Virus record (IMG/VR): IMGVR_UViG_3300021197_001319
Span: 1-60,226 of that record
Length of the DNA: 60,226 nucleotides
Origin: a virus
Taxonomy: Duplodnaviria > Caudoviricetes
Reading direction: 5' to 3' (one strand)
Part shown: piece by piece, positions 27,944-38,244 of the stretch
Layout of the letters: each line of letters begins with the position of its first letter
Numbering within the stretch: position 1 is the stretch's first letter
The notes under the pieces: model-generated
What the model was told of the DNA's origin: nothing
Databases searched by the model: none
The model's input: the letters and a program-made list of their open reading frames with translations, nothing else
Made by a program: the position numbers and the translations under genes

Positions 27944-28783
27944 TTAGAATTTAATAGCAATTCCCATTGCTGTTGTCTTTTCGCTAGAAGTCTTGTCATC
28001 AGCAGTATTTTCAATAAATGCTACTGCACCTGGAGCAAGTGTATACTGTGCGCCTAGTGTAATCTCATCACTTGAAACTGTGCCTGCTGATTCAGTTTTC
28101 ATTGTTTCAACACCTACCATCATTGCACCAACACTGTATGTTGCGCCCATTGTAGTTGTGTCTGTATCAACGTCTGCTGCAGTTGTTGCTGTATGCTTTT
28201 CAAAAGCAACACCGATTGCACCAACTTTTGCAGTTGCGTTCATTATGAATTCTTCTGAATCATCAGCGTTTTTCATCTGACCTGCACCAAGTGTTGCAAT
28301 TTCACTGAGACCATAAACAGCACTGTAAGCATAGCCTTCGCCTGCTGTTGTGCCATAGTCATCGCCAGTTGCATTACTAATGTTTACAGTAAGTCCACCA
28401 ATTGGTGATAGACTTAAAATACTTGAATGATCTGTGCTTGGTGAGCCATTGCCCAATACATATGTAAAGTCAGTGGTGTCGTCGATTGCATCAAGCGCAC
28501 TGTTTACGTCACCTAAATCAAGTGTCCATGTATCATTGCTAAGTGTAACACTATTACCGCCATCATCACTGCCGGTGTGATCCAAGTTAATGTCTGCACC
28601 GAAAGTCAAGCCTGTGTCTGTTGTAGTACTTGCTTTAAAATTAATATCACCATCCATTACTGTTGATGCTGTTCCGTCGTTGTCCTGGTATGACCATTCC
28701 ATGTCGCCGCCGATAGTTACATCAGCCATAACAGGTGTTGTCAATACTGCTAATAGAGCAGTAGTTGCTAGTAGTCGTTTCAT
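27944..28783 (-). CDS. Outer-membrane porin, alphaproteobacterial type
   Basis: Signal peptide MKRLLATTALLAVLTTPVMA, alternating beta-strand pattern, TDTGLTFGA, C-terminal beta-signal MGIAIKF. Confidence 0.85.
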   Translation of the reverse strand: MKRLLATTALLAVLTTPVMADVTIGGDMEWSYQDNDGTASTVMDGDINFKASTTTDTGLTFGADINLDHTGSDDGGNSVTLSNDTWTLDLGDVNSALDAIDDTTDFTYVLGNGSPSTDHSSILSLSPIGGLTVNISNATGDDYGTTAGEGYAYSAVYGLSEIATLGAGQMKNADDSEEFIMNATAKVGAIGVAFEKHTATTAADVDTDTTTMGATYSVGAMMVGVETMKTESAGTVSSDEITLGAQYTLAPGAVAFIENTADDKTSSEKTTAMGIAIKF

Positions 28784-28971
28784 TGTATTATATTTCCTTA
28801 GGGGGTTATTTTACAGTTTCTATCACTGTTTTGTTCTTTGTTATGCTTGCAAAAAGGTGAATTAACACGAATAACTTGGCGAAAACATAACAAGGATATT
28901 TATTGTAATTATATTACTCTTATTAAAAATTTGCAAATAATTCTCATCTAGGTATTTATTTTTTTGCATCA

Positions 28972-28991
28972 GTGTTGCAAATTTGCAACAC
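28972..28991. promoter_or_regulatory. Perfect 20-bp palindrome, putative operator upstream of the porin
   Basis: GTGTTGCAAATTTGCAACAC. Confidence 0.5.
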
Positions 28992-29819
28992 CTATAATTT
29001 TGCTCTAATACGATGCCACTGAACATGAATTTCATCTGCAAGCCATTCTGTATAGCACAAACGTTTTATCCAGATGTGTCTATAGGGTTTGCTTAACCAT
29101 CCGCTTATGCTAGTTCCAACATCATATGCTAAACTATGTTCGCTTACAACACTGGGTACTCCAGCAATAACACTGTGTATGCCAGCGTTGCTACTATGGC
29201 TTATTGTAAACTTGGCATTCTCTAGCATTGCTGGCAAATCAAAATCATCATAGGTATTTGCTAGTTGTGCTGGCGTGTTCCAAGTTACACCTTCAAACTG
29301 TACAGTTTCTTTACAGCGAGGATGACTCCTAATAATAATGGGCAAGTCAGTATGTTCACGTATTTCATCTACAGTCTGACGATAGTAGGTATCTATGTCG
29401 GGCATGTTACGCCACTGTTCACTTGCAGTGTGTTGACCACATATTAGTACATACTCACCATCCTGCTTCCAAGGTTGTAGTACAATGCCAAACTTTTTTA
29501 ATCTATCCTCAGGCATGTAATTGTCTAATGCAAAGTCTGCATCTCTGTTGATCCCGTTTATACCCAACTTCCAAGTTGTGTTGCGTATAAGCCCGCCCAC
29601 TTCTATGACAATGACTGGCTTGTTCTGTGCGTGATAGTGATCCCACACAGTTTTATTTGGACGCATTTTACCTTGCCATAGCACACTCCATATCAATGCT
29701 ACATCAGCATCCATATCATTTTCTACAAGTGTATCTGTTTTCTGTATTGCATCTACTAGTTGTGGATAAACTAAATTTGCATTGCCAGGAAGATTGTTAG
29801 GAAAGTGAGATATTTTCAT
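28992..29819 (-). CDS. GT-B-like/capsule-synthesis-like protein, paralog 1
   Basis: IRSHPR...SHSSNAGIHSVIAGVP...LCYTEW. Confidence 0.6.
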   Translation of the reverse strand: MKISHFPNNLPGNANLVYPQLVDAIQKTDTLVENDMDADVALIWSVLWQGKMRPNKTVWDHYHAQNKPVIVIEVGGLIRNTTWKLGINGINRDADFALDNYMPEDRLKKFGIVLQPWKQDGEYVLICGQHTASEQWRNMPDIDTYYRQTVDEIREHTDLPIIIRSHPRCKETVQFEGVTWNTPAQLANTYDDFDLPAMLENAKFTISHSSNAGIHSVIAGVPSVVSEHSLAYDVGTSISGWLSKPYRHIWIKRLCYTEWLADEIHVQWHRIRAKL

Positions 29820-29847
29820 TTGTATTTTAAAACCTATAAATAGTTAT

Positions 29848-30738
29848 ATGCGCACATTATCAGTATTTACCACATGGCACAAGCCCGGATATAAGAAATA
29901 TGGAAAGCAGTTCATTGAAGGATACAATGCATGCTGGCCCAAGGAAGTGCCTCTAACAATCTATGCAGAGGATCACAATCCAGATGTACAGGGTAATCCT
30001 ATGATTACACTAACAGATCAACGAACAGCATTGCCAGATTTAAAAAGTTGGCAACTAAGACACAAAGACAATCCACACGCACATGGATGGAATAAAGACA
30101 AAACTAAAAAAAGTTTTTTATGGGATGCAAGTCGCTTTGCAAACAAAGTATTTGCACTGTGGCACTTTGCTGAACACTGTAACACAGACATTTTTATTTG
30201 GTGTGACGGAGATGTTAGAACACATACGTCTATGCCACTGGAGTTTTTGCACAGCATTGCTCCCAATGAAAATCAACTAGCAACATACCTAGGAAGAAAA
30301 ACTTGGCCCGAGTGTGGCTGGATGATGTTTAATCGCCGTCATCCAAAGTTTGCTGAGTTTATCGAGCAATGGCGTTGGATTTACGAGAGCGATGATATTT
30401 TTAATCATACAGAGTCACATGATAGTTTTATCTTTGGCGAACTAGTCGAGGATTTCCGTGCAGTGGGCGTAGAGTTTAATGATCTAGGCGGCCCTGATCA
30501 AGGCGGTCATATTTTTATTAATAGTGTACTTGGACAGTATATGGATCATTTAAAAGGTTTTAGAAAAGAAGTTGGAAAAAGTTTACAAGGTGATGTTGTA
30601 AGAGGCGAACATTTTAGTACAAATGAATGGTGGAGTGATCTAAGACACGTTACTAAATCACAAATACAAGCAGAAAAATTAAAGAACCCGCATGAATATG
30701 ATGCAACACAACAAGTAAAAAGTAAGGGAATAAAATGA
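29848..30738 (+). CDS. GT-A-type glycosyltransferase
   Basis: RFANKVFA, WCDGD (DxD), HDSFIF, DHLKG; TATAAATA at 29835-29842. Confidence 0.65.
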   Translation: MRTLSVFTTWHKPGYKKYGKQFIEGYNACWPKEVPLTIYAEDHNPDVQGNPMITLTDQRTALPDLKSWQLRHKDNPHAHGWNKDKTKKSFLWDASRFANKVFALWHFAEHCNTDIFIWCDGDVRTHTSMPLEFLHSIAPNENQLATYLGRKTWPECGWMMFNRRHPKFAEFIEQWRWIYESDDIFNHTESHDSFIFGELVEDFRAVGVEFNDLGGPDQGGHIFINSVLGQYMDHLKGFRKEVGKSLQGDVVRGEHFSTNEWWSDLRHVTKSQIQAEKLKNPHEYDATQQVKSKGIK

Positions 30739-31508
30739 ACGAACTAAGTGTAATACAAAATGTAACAAAAGTAGAAACAGATCCATATCCTTATGTTTGC
30801 GTTGAAGGAGCATTACCAGATCGTTTTTACAAAGAGCTCGAGAATACATTTCCCGAGCAACTAATAACAAGTACAAGTCCACATGATGGTGGTATATGTT
30901 ACCGCTATAAAATGAAAGAGTGTGCAGAAATAGAACAACCACCTAGTATTTGGCAAGACTTTTTTGCGTACCATACTAGTCCTGAATACTTTCGTAGTTG
31001 CGCAGAACTGTTTAGTACAAGTATTGTTGAACACTATGGAGAAGAGTTTTATGAGAGTTTAAAAACACAGAGTGTTACGCCACGTGATGTAGATAACAGT
31101 GGACATTATGTAGCAGATTGTCAATTCGTTGTACACGAACCAGTGGATCAAACAGGCACAAGTCGTACACCTCATGTTGATAATCCAGTTGAAATATACG
31201 CTGGGTTGCTATACATGAGACAGCAAGGCGATACTGCACAAGGCGGAAACTTTACAGTACACAGGACTACAGGAGAAATTACAGAAGTCAACAAAAGTTT
31301 AGGTAGACAAGTAGACAACAGTTTACATGTGCCACACTACGAAGTGCCTTACATGGCAAATAATTTCTGCATGTTCCTAAATGTAAAGGATAGTGTACAT
31401 GGTGTAACTCCTCGTATTGAGCCCACAATGCGACGCCGCAGCATTAATATTATTGGCGAATTTAATGGCAACGGTAAGATGTGGAAAGTTAAAGAAATCA
31501 AGTCATGA
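30735..31508 (+). CDS. 2OG-Fe(II) oxygenase
   Basis: PYPY, PHVD...GGN...SVHGV...RRSIN. Confidence 0.8.
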   Translation: MNELSVIQNVTKVETDPYPYVCVEGALPDRFYKELENTFPEQLITSTSPHDGGICYRYKMKECAEIEQPPSIWQDFFAYHTSPEYFRSCAELFSTSIVEHYGEEFYESLKTQSVTPRDVDNSGHYVADCQFVVHEPVDQTGTSRTPHVDNPVEIYAGLLYMRQQGDTAQGGNFTVHRTTGEITEVNKSLGRQVDNSLHVPHYEVPYMANNFCMFLNVKDSVHGVTPRIEPTMRRRSINIIGEFNGNGKMWKVKEIKS

Positions 31509-32752
31509 GATATGCCATTGGCAAAGTTAGTGGCGTATTCATGGAGCATGACGTAGCAGTTAAGTTTTTCGGAATAAGAGGTAAAGCGGTCAAGGAAGTG
31601 CGCGGTACTATCGAAGAATGTTATGCAAGAGAATTGCTATGTTTACAAAGACTACAAGGAACTCCAGGATTTCCTAGTATAATATCACATAAAGACGATG
31701 ATTTGATACTAGAAATGGAGGACTGTGGAGAATGTTTATTTAATACTTGGCACGAATATGATTTGACGTTATACTTAGATCAAGCAAATCGTATTTGTGA
31801 TGCATTGGAAAAAGCAAATATACAATACTTTTTTGCAGGGTTAAACAAACCTAATAAGCCTCCCAAGCCGCCTATAGCATACAATCCTCGAAGCGACTTT
31901 CCTTTAAGTAACTTGTGTATAAAGGATGGAGAACTTACACTTATTGACTTTGAAATGGCTAATCCAGTGGGATCACATTTATCAGAGCGACTACATCCTA
32001 GGCTTAAAGCATTATATGAGAACTATAACCCTGATCATTTTAGAGAGTTTTTATTAACTGGATTGCGTTATCCCAAGGAAAGTTTTGATAAAGAAATGTG
32101 GAGGAAAATACCTGCTAGTGATTTTAAACAAGAAAAATGGAATAAAATGAAAGATACTAACCCAAGAGAGGTATACAAGACTATGACATCATTCAACCAA
32201 CCTAGTGAAAAAATTGTAAATGAATGGAAGAAATATCAAAAACGCTATGGCATAGATCAGGCTGTAGATCGTGTAGAAAAAATGAAACTAGAGAGTGTAT
32301 GCACAGGCAAAACCGTTGTGGATATTGGATGTAATGATGGATATATTACAGGACTAGTAAGTAAGTTTGCTGCAAGTGCAACTGGCGTAGAACCACATGT
32401 GGAACTAACTGAAGATAAGCCTGCAAATGTTACCTGGGTGCGTAGCACATTCAATGAATTTTTAGACACTAAGCCAGGTACATTTGATGTGCTACTAAGT
32501 TTAGCAGTAAGTATTCAATTACGCGACTTTGGTGGACTTACAGAGCAAGAAATTGTTAATGGTTATTATAGTTTACTTCCTGTAGGTGGCATTGTTGTAC
32601 ATGAAACACAAAAACTTGAAAATCGTCCCAACAACCAAGAACATACTGCAGCAATGATTGCTGCTTTTAAAACAAAGTTTGTGCAAATAGATCATGGTGA
32701 TGCTAGAGGAAGTGGCAAACGAGAATATTATCATTTCCGCAAGGAGGTATAA
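31505..32752 (+). CDS. Kinase-like domain fused to a class I SAM methyltransferase
   Basis: N-terminal AVK..RE..LEMEDCG..SNL..LIDFE; C-terminal VVDIGCNDG. Confidence 0.75.
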   Translation: MRYAIGKVSGVFMEHDVAVKFFGIRGKAVKEVRGTIEECYARELLCLQRLQGTPGFPSIISHKDDDLILEMEDCGECLFNTWHEYDLTLYLDQANRICDALEKANIQYFFAGLNKPNKPPKPPIAYNPRSDFPLSNLCIKDGELTLIDFEMANPVGSHLSERLHPRLKALYENYNPDHFREFLLTGLRYPKESFDKEMWRKIPASDFKQEKWNKMKDTNPREVYKTMTSFNQPSEKIVNEWKKYQKRYGIDQAVDRVEKMKLESVCTGKTVVDIGCNDGYITGLVSKFAASATGVEPHVELTEDKPANVTWVRSTFNEFLDTKPGTFDVLLSLAVSIQLRDFGGLTEQEIVNGYYSLLPVGGIVVHETQKLENRPNNQEHTAAMIAAFKTKFVQIDHGDARGSGKREYYHFRKEV

Positions 32753-33568
32753 ATGGCTTTTAATAATATAATGCAACTAGCAACTGCGCAACTTGTAAAA
32801 CAAGGTGCATTTACTGCTGGTGCAACAGTAGTTGAATGGGGCAATCAACGTTTTAGATACAGTGAGGATTGGTTAAATGAATGTGAAAAAACAAGCGGAC
32901 GAACACTGCGTAAACCAACACAGTTTGTATGGGAATACTTTGAGGATCTGGGGTTTAGCGATTACCTTGCTATTGATATTAACACTGAACTTAGGTCTAT
33001 CGCTATGGATCTTAATTTCATCCTAAAAGACAAATACAACTACACACAACAGTTTGACTATGTTACAAACAACGGCACAGGTGAACACATCTTTGACCAG
33101 CGCACAGTGTTTGAAAACATGCACAACCTATGTAAAGTAGGAGGTACTATGATAAATGTACTACCATTTGCGCCCTGGTTTAATCATTGTTTTTACAGTT
33201 TTCATCCACAGTTGTTTCGTGATATTGCTGCAGCAAATGGATATACTTGGCGTTTCATGTGGTTAGCACAGAACACAGGCAAATACGTTGATTGTCCTAC
33301 AGACTTTGATAGTTGGAGTTACTATGAACAAAAAAAGCCTCGCAATCCTATTAGTGATTTGGAAAAGCATTTTGATACCCTTCATAATCGCGAAGGCAAA
33401 ACTCATAATGTTAGCATTGTTAGTGCGTACACTAAAACGATGGATAAGCCGTTCCAAATACCGTTCCAAGGACGATATGTAAATGATATTGTGGATGATC
33501 TCAAAGGTGAATACAGTGAAACAAATGTAGATGTGAGGCAAAAGGATCACACCAGTGCGACTTATTAA
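32753..33568 (+). CDS. SAM-dependent methyltransferase
   Basis: EWGNQ, IDIN, DLN, FDYVTNNGTGEHIFDQ. Confidence 0.75.
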   Translation: MAFNNIMQLATAQLVKQGAFTAGATVVEWGNQRFRYSEDWLNECEKTSGRTLRKPTQFVWEYFEDLGFSDYLAIDINTELRSIAMDLNFILKDKYNYTQQFDYVTNNGTGEHIFDQRTVFENMHNLCKVGGTMINVLPFAPWFNHCFYSFHPQLFRDIAAANGYTWRFMWLAQNTGKYVDCPTDFDSWSYYEQKKPRNPISDLEKHFDTLHNREGKTHNVSIVSAYTKTMDKPFQIPFQGRYVNDIVDDLKGEYSETNVDVRQKDHTSATY

Positions 33569-34262
33569 TCTTGGATGCAGTTTTAGTTATGGAAATATTA
33601 TCAGCGAATACGAAACATTTGCAGACGCACATGTTAGTCCAGGCACACTAGTAGCAAAACATCTCGACTGTGAAGAAGTAAACATAGCAAGTCCTGGATT
33701 AAGTCTTGATGGAGTATTGCGCAGATTGCATAGTTTTGAATTCCATGATACGGATAAGTTCTTAATTGGGTTGCCTCCATGCATAAGATTGCAATATGTT
33801 AGTAAAGTTCCAAGAAATCAAGACAAACTTAGACACGCAAAAATGAATGTAAGTCAATGGAGACAACACGCATTTAAGCAAGGACCTAAAATACCCGAGG
33901 ACTGGTTCAAGACAATGAAATGGGATGAAGATGTAAACGTTCGTCCACTTGACATTGTTGAAACTAGCACTTACTGGAGTTACTTCTATATACTGCTTAT
34001 TCAACAAGCAATGAAGAAAAGGCAGTATTGGATGTATAACAGTGTCCATGGTCATATGCAACAAACTACAAACATTCCAGAAGTGCAAATGTTGCGTGAT
34101 CAGATTGTCACACATAATTATTTTAAGCCGGATACTGGAATGCATGATGAGGTTTTAGAGGATACCAAATATCAACTCTCACATGACGACACACACCCTA
34201 ATCATTTGTATTACGAACATTGGGCAAAGGAGTTTTGCGAATGGATGTTGCAGTCTGCATAA
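33555..34262 (+). CDS. SGNH-like protein
   Basis: LGCSFS...DDTHP. Confidence 0.7.
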   Translation: MRLINLGCSFSYGNIISEYETFADAHVSPGTLVAKHLDCEEVNIASPGLSLDGVLRRLHSFEFHDTDKFLIGLPPCIRLQYVSKVPRNQDKLRHAKMNVSQWRQHAFKQGPKIPEDWFKTMKWDEDVNVRPLDIVETSTYWSYFYILLIQQAMKKRQYWMYNSVHGHMQQTTNIPEVQMLRDQIVTHNYFKPDTGMHDEVLEDTKYQLSHDDTHPNHLYYEHWAKEFCEWMLQSA

Positions 34263-34855
34263 GCGGCGAGTTTAGGAATAATGTGGATCTATGCAGGGAA
34301 AGCATACAAAAATATCTACCCTACGAGCAATTTACACATACTTGGGCAGACACGCCATTGCCAGAACTGCCTAGTATGGAAACGTTTGTACTAGCATTCA
34401 ATACTTGGATAGCATGTTTGCCAGAAGATAACACTACTCGCACGTGGTTTACTAAGAAACTAAAGGGCGGAAAACTTTTTCACCAGCGCGTCTATCAAGT
34501 ATATAATCATTGGCACTGTATGCAACAAGTGCCTGAACATTATGATATGATTATTAGGGTGCGCCCAGATGTTGTTCTTTATGAACATGCGTGGGAACGT
34601 GATATTGAAAATGCATATTTTAATGATTTTGTAATAGGCTTTGGCAGTGGACAAGGACCAAGTGTTGGAGTTACAGAAAGATATGCTGCAGATCATGTGA
34701 TAATACATAGAAGGTATCGCATGCGCAATCCTTATAAAACATTACTACCTAGTAGTGGACATGTTGCATGGTGGGTATGTTTACACAAATACCTTGATGA
34801 ACAGTTTATTAACAATGATAGTGTATGCAAACTTGAGCGGGATATAGTTGACTAG
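34241..34855 (+). CDS. Putative glycosyltransferase
   Basis: VAVCISGEFR, HTW, YDMIIRVRPD. Confidence 0.55.
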   Translation: MDVAVCISGEFRNNVDLCRESIQKYLPYEQFTHTWADTPLPELPSMETFVLAFNTWIACLPEDNTTRTWFTKKLKGGKLFHQRVYQVYNHWHCMQQVPEHYDMIIRVRPDVVLYEHAWERDIENAYFNDFVIGFGSGQGPSVGVTERYAADHVIIHRRYRMRNPYKTLLPSSGHVAWWVCLHKYLDEQFINNDSVCKLERDIVD

Positions 34856-35629
34856 ATGACTAATCTACATTACAATACAAATAACTTGGAAAGTAAATGC
34901 AACTGGGTTATGGATAGTCTCAGCAAAGGCTGGATTGGATCTGAGCACCACTTCTGGGGATTTATTAACGACAATGAGCAACAAATAAACACCCTTACAC
35001 AGCAAGGCACGGACTGGTACTTTTGGGATATGCCCTATCATGGACGCTGGAATGGATTATGGGAAGCAATAAATCCTAGTCAGGATTTTTATTGGCGTGC
35101 AAGCAAAAATAGTGTACACTATAAACACGTTAAAGACTATCCTAGTGACAGATTTCGTGCATGGGGGGTAGAACCAAAACCCTATGGATCTGGTAGTAAA
35201 ATTTTAATTTGTCCTAGCAGTGAAACAATGACACGTTGGACTACAGGCATGGATGTGAAAATGTGGGTGCAAATGATTACAATGGCACTGCAAAAATATA
35301 CAGACAAGTATATAGAAGTACGCTACAAGCCAAGGAGAAATGGTACCAGTGGCCCAGCCGCAGCACTAATTCCTTTTGAAGAACAAGCACAGAATACTCA
35401 TTGTGTGGTTACATGTATAAGTTTAGCCGCAGTCGAGGCACAATTGTTAGGTATTCCAACCATATGTCACCCAAGTAGTTTTGCTGCAGATATAAGTAGT
35501 ACTAAACTAGAAGAAATCGAAAATCCTAAACGTGTAGACACACATCAGTGGTTTAGCAATCTTGCTTACAGTCAGTTTACACACAAGGAAATAGAATCAG
35601 GTTTCGCACAAGAGGTTCTAAATGCCTAG
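34856..35629 (+). CDS. GT-B-like/capsule-synthesis-like protein, paralog 2
   Basis: ILICPSS, VRYKP, SLAAVEAQLLGIP, LAYSQF. Confidence 0.6.
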   Translation: MTNLHYNTNNLESKCNWVMDSLSKGWIGSEHHFWGFINDNEQQINTLTQQGTDWYFWDMPYHGRWNGLWEAINPSQDFYWRASKNSVHYKHVKDYPSDRFRAWGVEPKPYGSGSKILICPSSETMTRWTTGMDVKMWVQMITMALQKYTDKYIEVRYKPRRNGTSGPAAALIPFEEQAQNTHCVVTCISLAAVEAQLLGIPTICHPSSFAADISSTKLEEIENPKRVDTHQWFSNLAYSQFTHKEIESGFAQEVLNA

Positions 35630-36548
35630 AATTACTGTATATGACACTGGTAGACGCATGACTACAAAATTTACACTAGCGTTTGCTAGGGGTATTGTAG
35701 AACATACTAATAGTATAGGTGGTTCTTGGGAAGTAAAACACCGTAGTATAGACAGTTATTTAGAACATGGAATACCGCGCGATTATCGTGCAGGACATGA
35801 CGCAATAGCAACTCTGGGTATACTTCGCGGCACAGGTCTATTACTCAAAGAGGCTCAGCAGCGCGGTTTTGATTACTACTACATGGATCACGCATATTTT
35901 AATCCTGGGTACAGTGGCAAAGGCTGGATGCGTATTACCAAAAATGATCATGCTTGTACCACAATACGAGAAACTACAAAGGATCGCTGGAACGGATTTC
36001 ATAAACATCATGGATATGCCCTTAGTCCATGGCGCACAAACGCTGAAAGAGGAGATCTAATACTCATATGTCCACCTACTCCTGCTATATGTTGGTACTA
36101 TAATTTAGATCAAGACTGGGGAGAACGTATAGAACAGCATTTAAAAAATTCAATGCCTGAGAGTGAACATTATAGAATTAAAGTCAGACACAAGCCCAAA
36201 GAGCCAGTAGTTGATTCCCAGGGCAATTTAATTGAGTTGCGTGAATTTGCACAACAGGGAGATCTAAAAGAAGATCTTGCTAATGCGCATTGTGTCATTG
36301 CATGGAATAGTATGGTAGCACTGGAAGCAACACTAGCAGGTATACCAGTTATTACAGGTCCACACAGTGCTTGTGTGAGAGTAAGTTTTGATATTAGTTT
36401 ATTAGAAAATCATCCTATGCCACTGGAGTTTAATACTGAACCTCCTAATAGGAGTGCAATGTTGTATTGGTTAGCAAATAACCAATGGAAAATGAAAGAA
36501 ATAGAAAATGGCGTTGCATGGCGCATGCTACAGGAGAACTACAGTTGA
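35622..36548 (+). CDS. GT-B-like/capsule-synthesis-like protein, paralog 3
   Basis: YYMDHAYF, ILICPPT, VRHKP, NSMVALEATLAGIP, LANNQW. Confidence 0.6.
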   Translation: MPRITVYDTGRRMTTKFTLAFARGIVEHTNSIGGSWEVKHRSIDSYLEHGIPRDYRAGHDAIATLGILRGTGLLLKEAQQRGFDYYYMDHAYFNPGYSGKGWMRITKNDHACTTIRETTKDRWNGFHKHHGYALSPWRTNAERGDLILICPPTPAICWYYNLDQDWGERIEQHLKNSMPESEHYRIKVRHKPKEPVVDSQGNLIELREFAQQGDLKEDLANAHCVIAWNSMVALEATLAGIPVITGPHSACVRVSFDISLLENHPMPLEFNTEPPNRSAMLYWLANNQWKMKEIENGVAWRMLQENYS

Positions 36549-37567
36549 GCGAAGAATTAGTAGAACACGGATATAACAGTGTAGAAGAAATACCTGGCTT
36601 TGTACAAAGACGACATGAACTTGCTCATATAGAAGAATATATTAGTAATTATTTGGACACGCCTAGTTTATGTTTACAGATAATGGAAACAGGCATTGCT
36701 GGTAAAGTTGCACGAGACACAGAAACTGGAGATTTAATAGGTGCATATGGATGGAAGTGTATTAAACATCTAGGAAAAGGCAAGGACGGGTTTACATTCT
36801 GGGGACACAAATATGGAGATAAACCCAATGCTCTGCATATTGTAAAAATTATTAGTGGATACGGAGAAAATTATCATAACCACACTGAGATATTCAATGC
36901 ATTTATGAGAAAATTGTTTCATGCAAAACAACATCGTCATCCAATGTTATTTGATTTTGCTGTAAAATCAACACACACAACTTATAAATGTAAAAAACCT
37001 TTTACACAATTTAACCCTAAAGACATGCGAGAATTATATTTTGCGCTAAGACAAGTTTGCTCAATGAATACCTGGTGTATTAAAAATACTGGATTTGTAT
37101 TCTGGGATCTCGGATATGGTAATGGTAGAAATTTTATGGTGGATTCCTCAGATGGTAATAACTTGAAGTGGGTAGACTATGGAGGTGCTGGTATGGTACG
37201 GTGTCCTAGTTTTAGAGAGTTATACAAAAACCAAAAAAGTATGCCTGTACTTACATTAGAGAATAGTCATCAACAACCACTTAAAGGTAAAGATAATTTA
37301 GTTGAAGGCAACAGTGACTTTGTAATGTTACAGTTCCTACTTAACTTTGAATTTCATACAAATCCAACAAGCACTGCAGATGTATGGGCTAGTATGCTAC
37401 AAGTGCGCAAGGATATTGTGCAAGAAATGAAAGTTATGCTTCCGCATTATTTTCGTAGCAGGTTTGCAAATGAGGTATTTCAAAGATTCCATGATCGAGA
37501 CTGGCTTGAAGCAAACACATGGCGGGAACTTGGCAAGTATATAGAAACAAATTGGCAAAACAAGTAA
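36545..37567 (+). CDS. Protein kinase-like fold protein
   Basis: LGKGKDG Gly-loop, VK, WDL...NF, WVDYG; TTG start after GGAG. Confidence 0.65.
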   Translation: MSEELVEHGYNSVEEIPGFVQRRHELAHIEEYISNYLDTPSLCLQIMETGIAGKVARDTETGDLIGAYGWKCIKHLGKGKDGFTFWGHKYGDKPNALHIVKIISGYGENYHNHTEIFNAFMRKLFHAKQHRHPMLFDFAVKSTHTTYKCKKPFTQFNPKDMRELYFALRQVCSMNTWCIKNTGFVFWDLGYGNGRNFMVDSSDGNNLKWVDYGGAGMVRCPSFRELYKNQKSMPVLTLENSHQQPLKGKDNLVEGNSDFVMLQFLLNFEFHTNPTSTADVWASMLQVRKDIVQEMKVMLPHYFRSRFANEVFQRFHDRDWLEANTWRELGKYIETNWQNK

Positions 37568-38244
37568 TGCAAGTATTAGAGCGAGCAGACATTGAGAGTG
37601 TAACCTATGGCGGACACGACTGTGGCATAACACAAGTACGCGGTTATCAAAACTATGATATAAGTGATCTTGAAGTCCTAGCAATAGCAAACCCCACAGC
37701 AAAACGCCCCTGGGTAGATACAAGTGTAAAAAGTGCAGACTTTGAGCGTGTGTTTTTTCAAGTAAGCCCAAAGAGTTATGCAGATTTTGGTAGCAATTTA
37801 GGATACTATGTCTTTAAATGTGCGCAGGAGTTTGACATACACGCTACTGGTGTAGACTATAACTTTGAATATACTAGTGTGTGTAATAGCATTAAAGCAA
37901 GACACAGTGCAAGCCTTGCAGAATTTAAGCATACAAATCTTGAACAGTGGCACACCCTAAGTGATTATTATGACTTCATGACTGTGTTTAATGTAATACA
38001 TCACTTGTATAATCGCACAGAAAAATACATGGACATGGGGCGTTTGGTGCTGGACTTTGCAAGCAAAGCAGATACAATCTTATTTGAATTTCCTACAGAG
38101 CAGGATAGTAAAGGTCACAAGTGGACAATGGATACTGGATACACTGAAGAACTATTTTATGAAACTGCATTGGGGATATTTACACAAGTAGAACGCATGT
38201 CTGGACAAACAGAACATAGACCCTATTATTTGTGTGTTAAATAG
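37567..38244 (+). CDS. SAM-dependent methyltransferase
   Basis: ADFGSNLGYY, GVD, NVIHHL. Confidence 0.8.
   Translation: MQVLERADIESVTYGGHDCGITQVRGYQNYDISDLEVLAIANPTAKRPWVDTSVKSADFERVFFQVSPKSYADFGSNLGYYVFKCAQEFDIHATGVDYNFEYTSVCNSIKARHSASLAEFKHTNLEQWHTLSDYYDFMTVFNVIHHLYNRTEKYMDMGRLVLDFASKADTILFEFPTEQDSKGHKWTMDTGYTEELFYETALGIFTQVERMSGQTEHRPYYLCVK

Noticed and set aside
28838-28893. TGTTATG/CATAACA as a Zur box
   Set aside because: The half-sites are about 40 nt apart, too far for a Zur operator; better explained as an RNA stem
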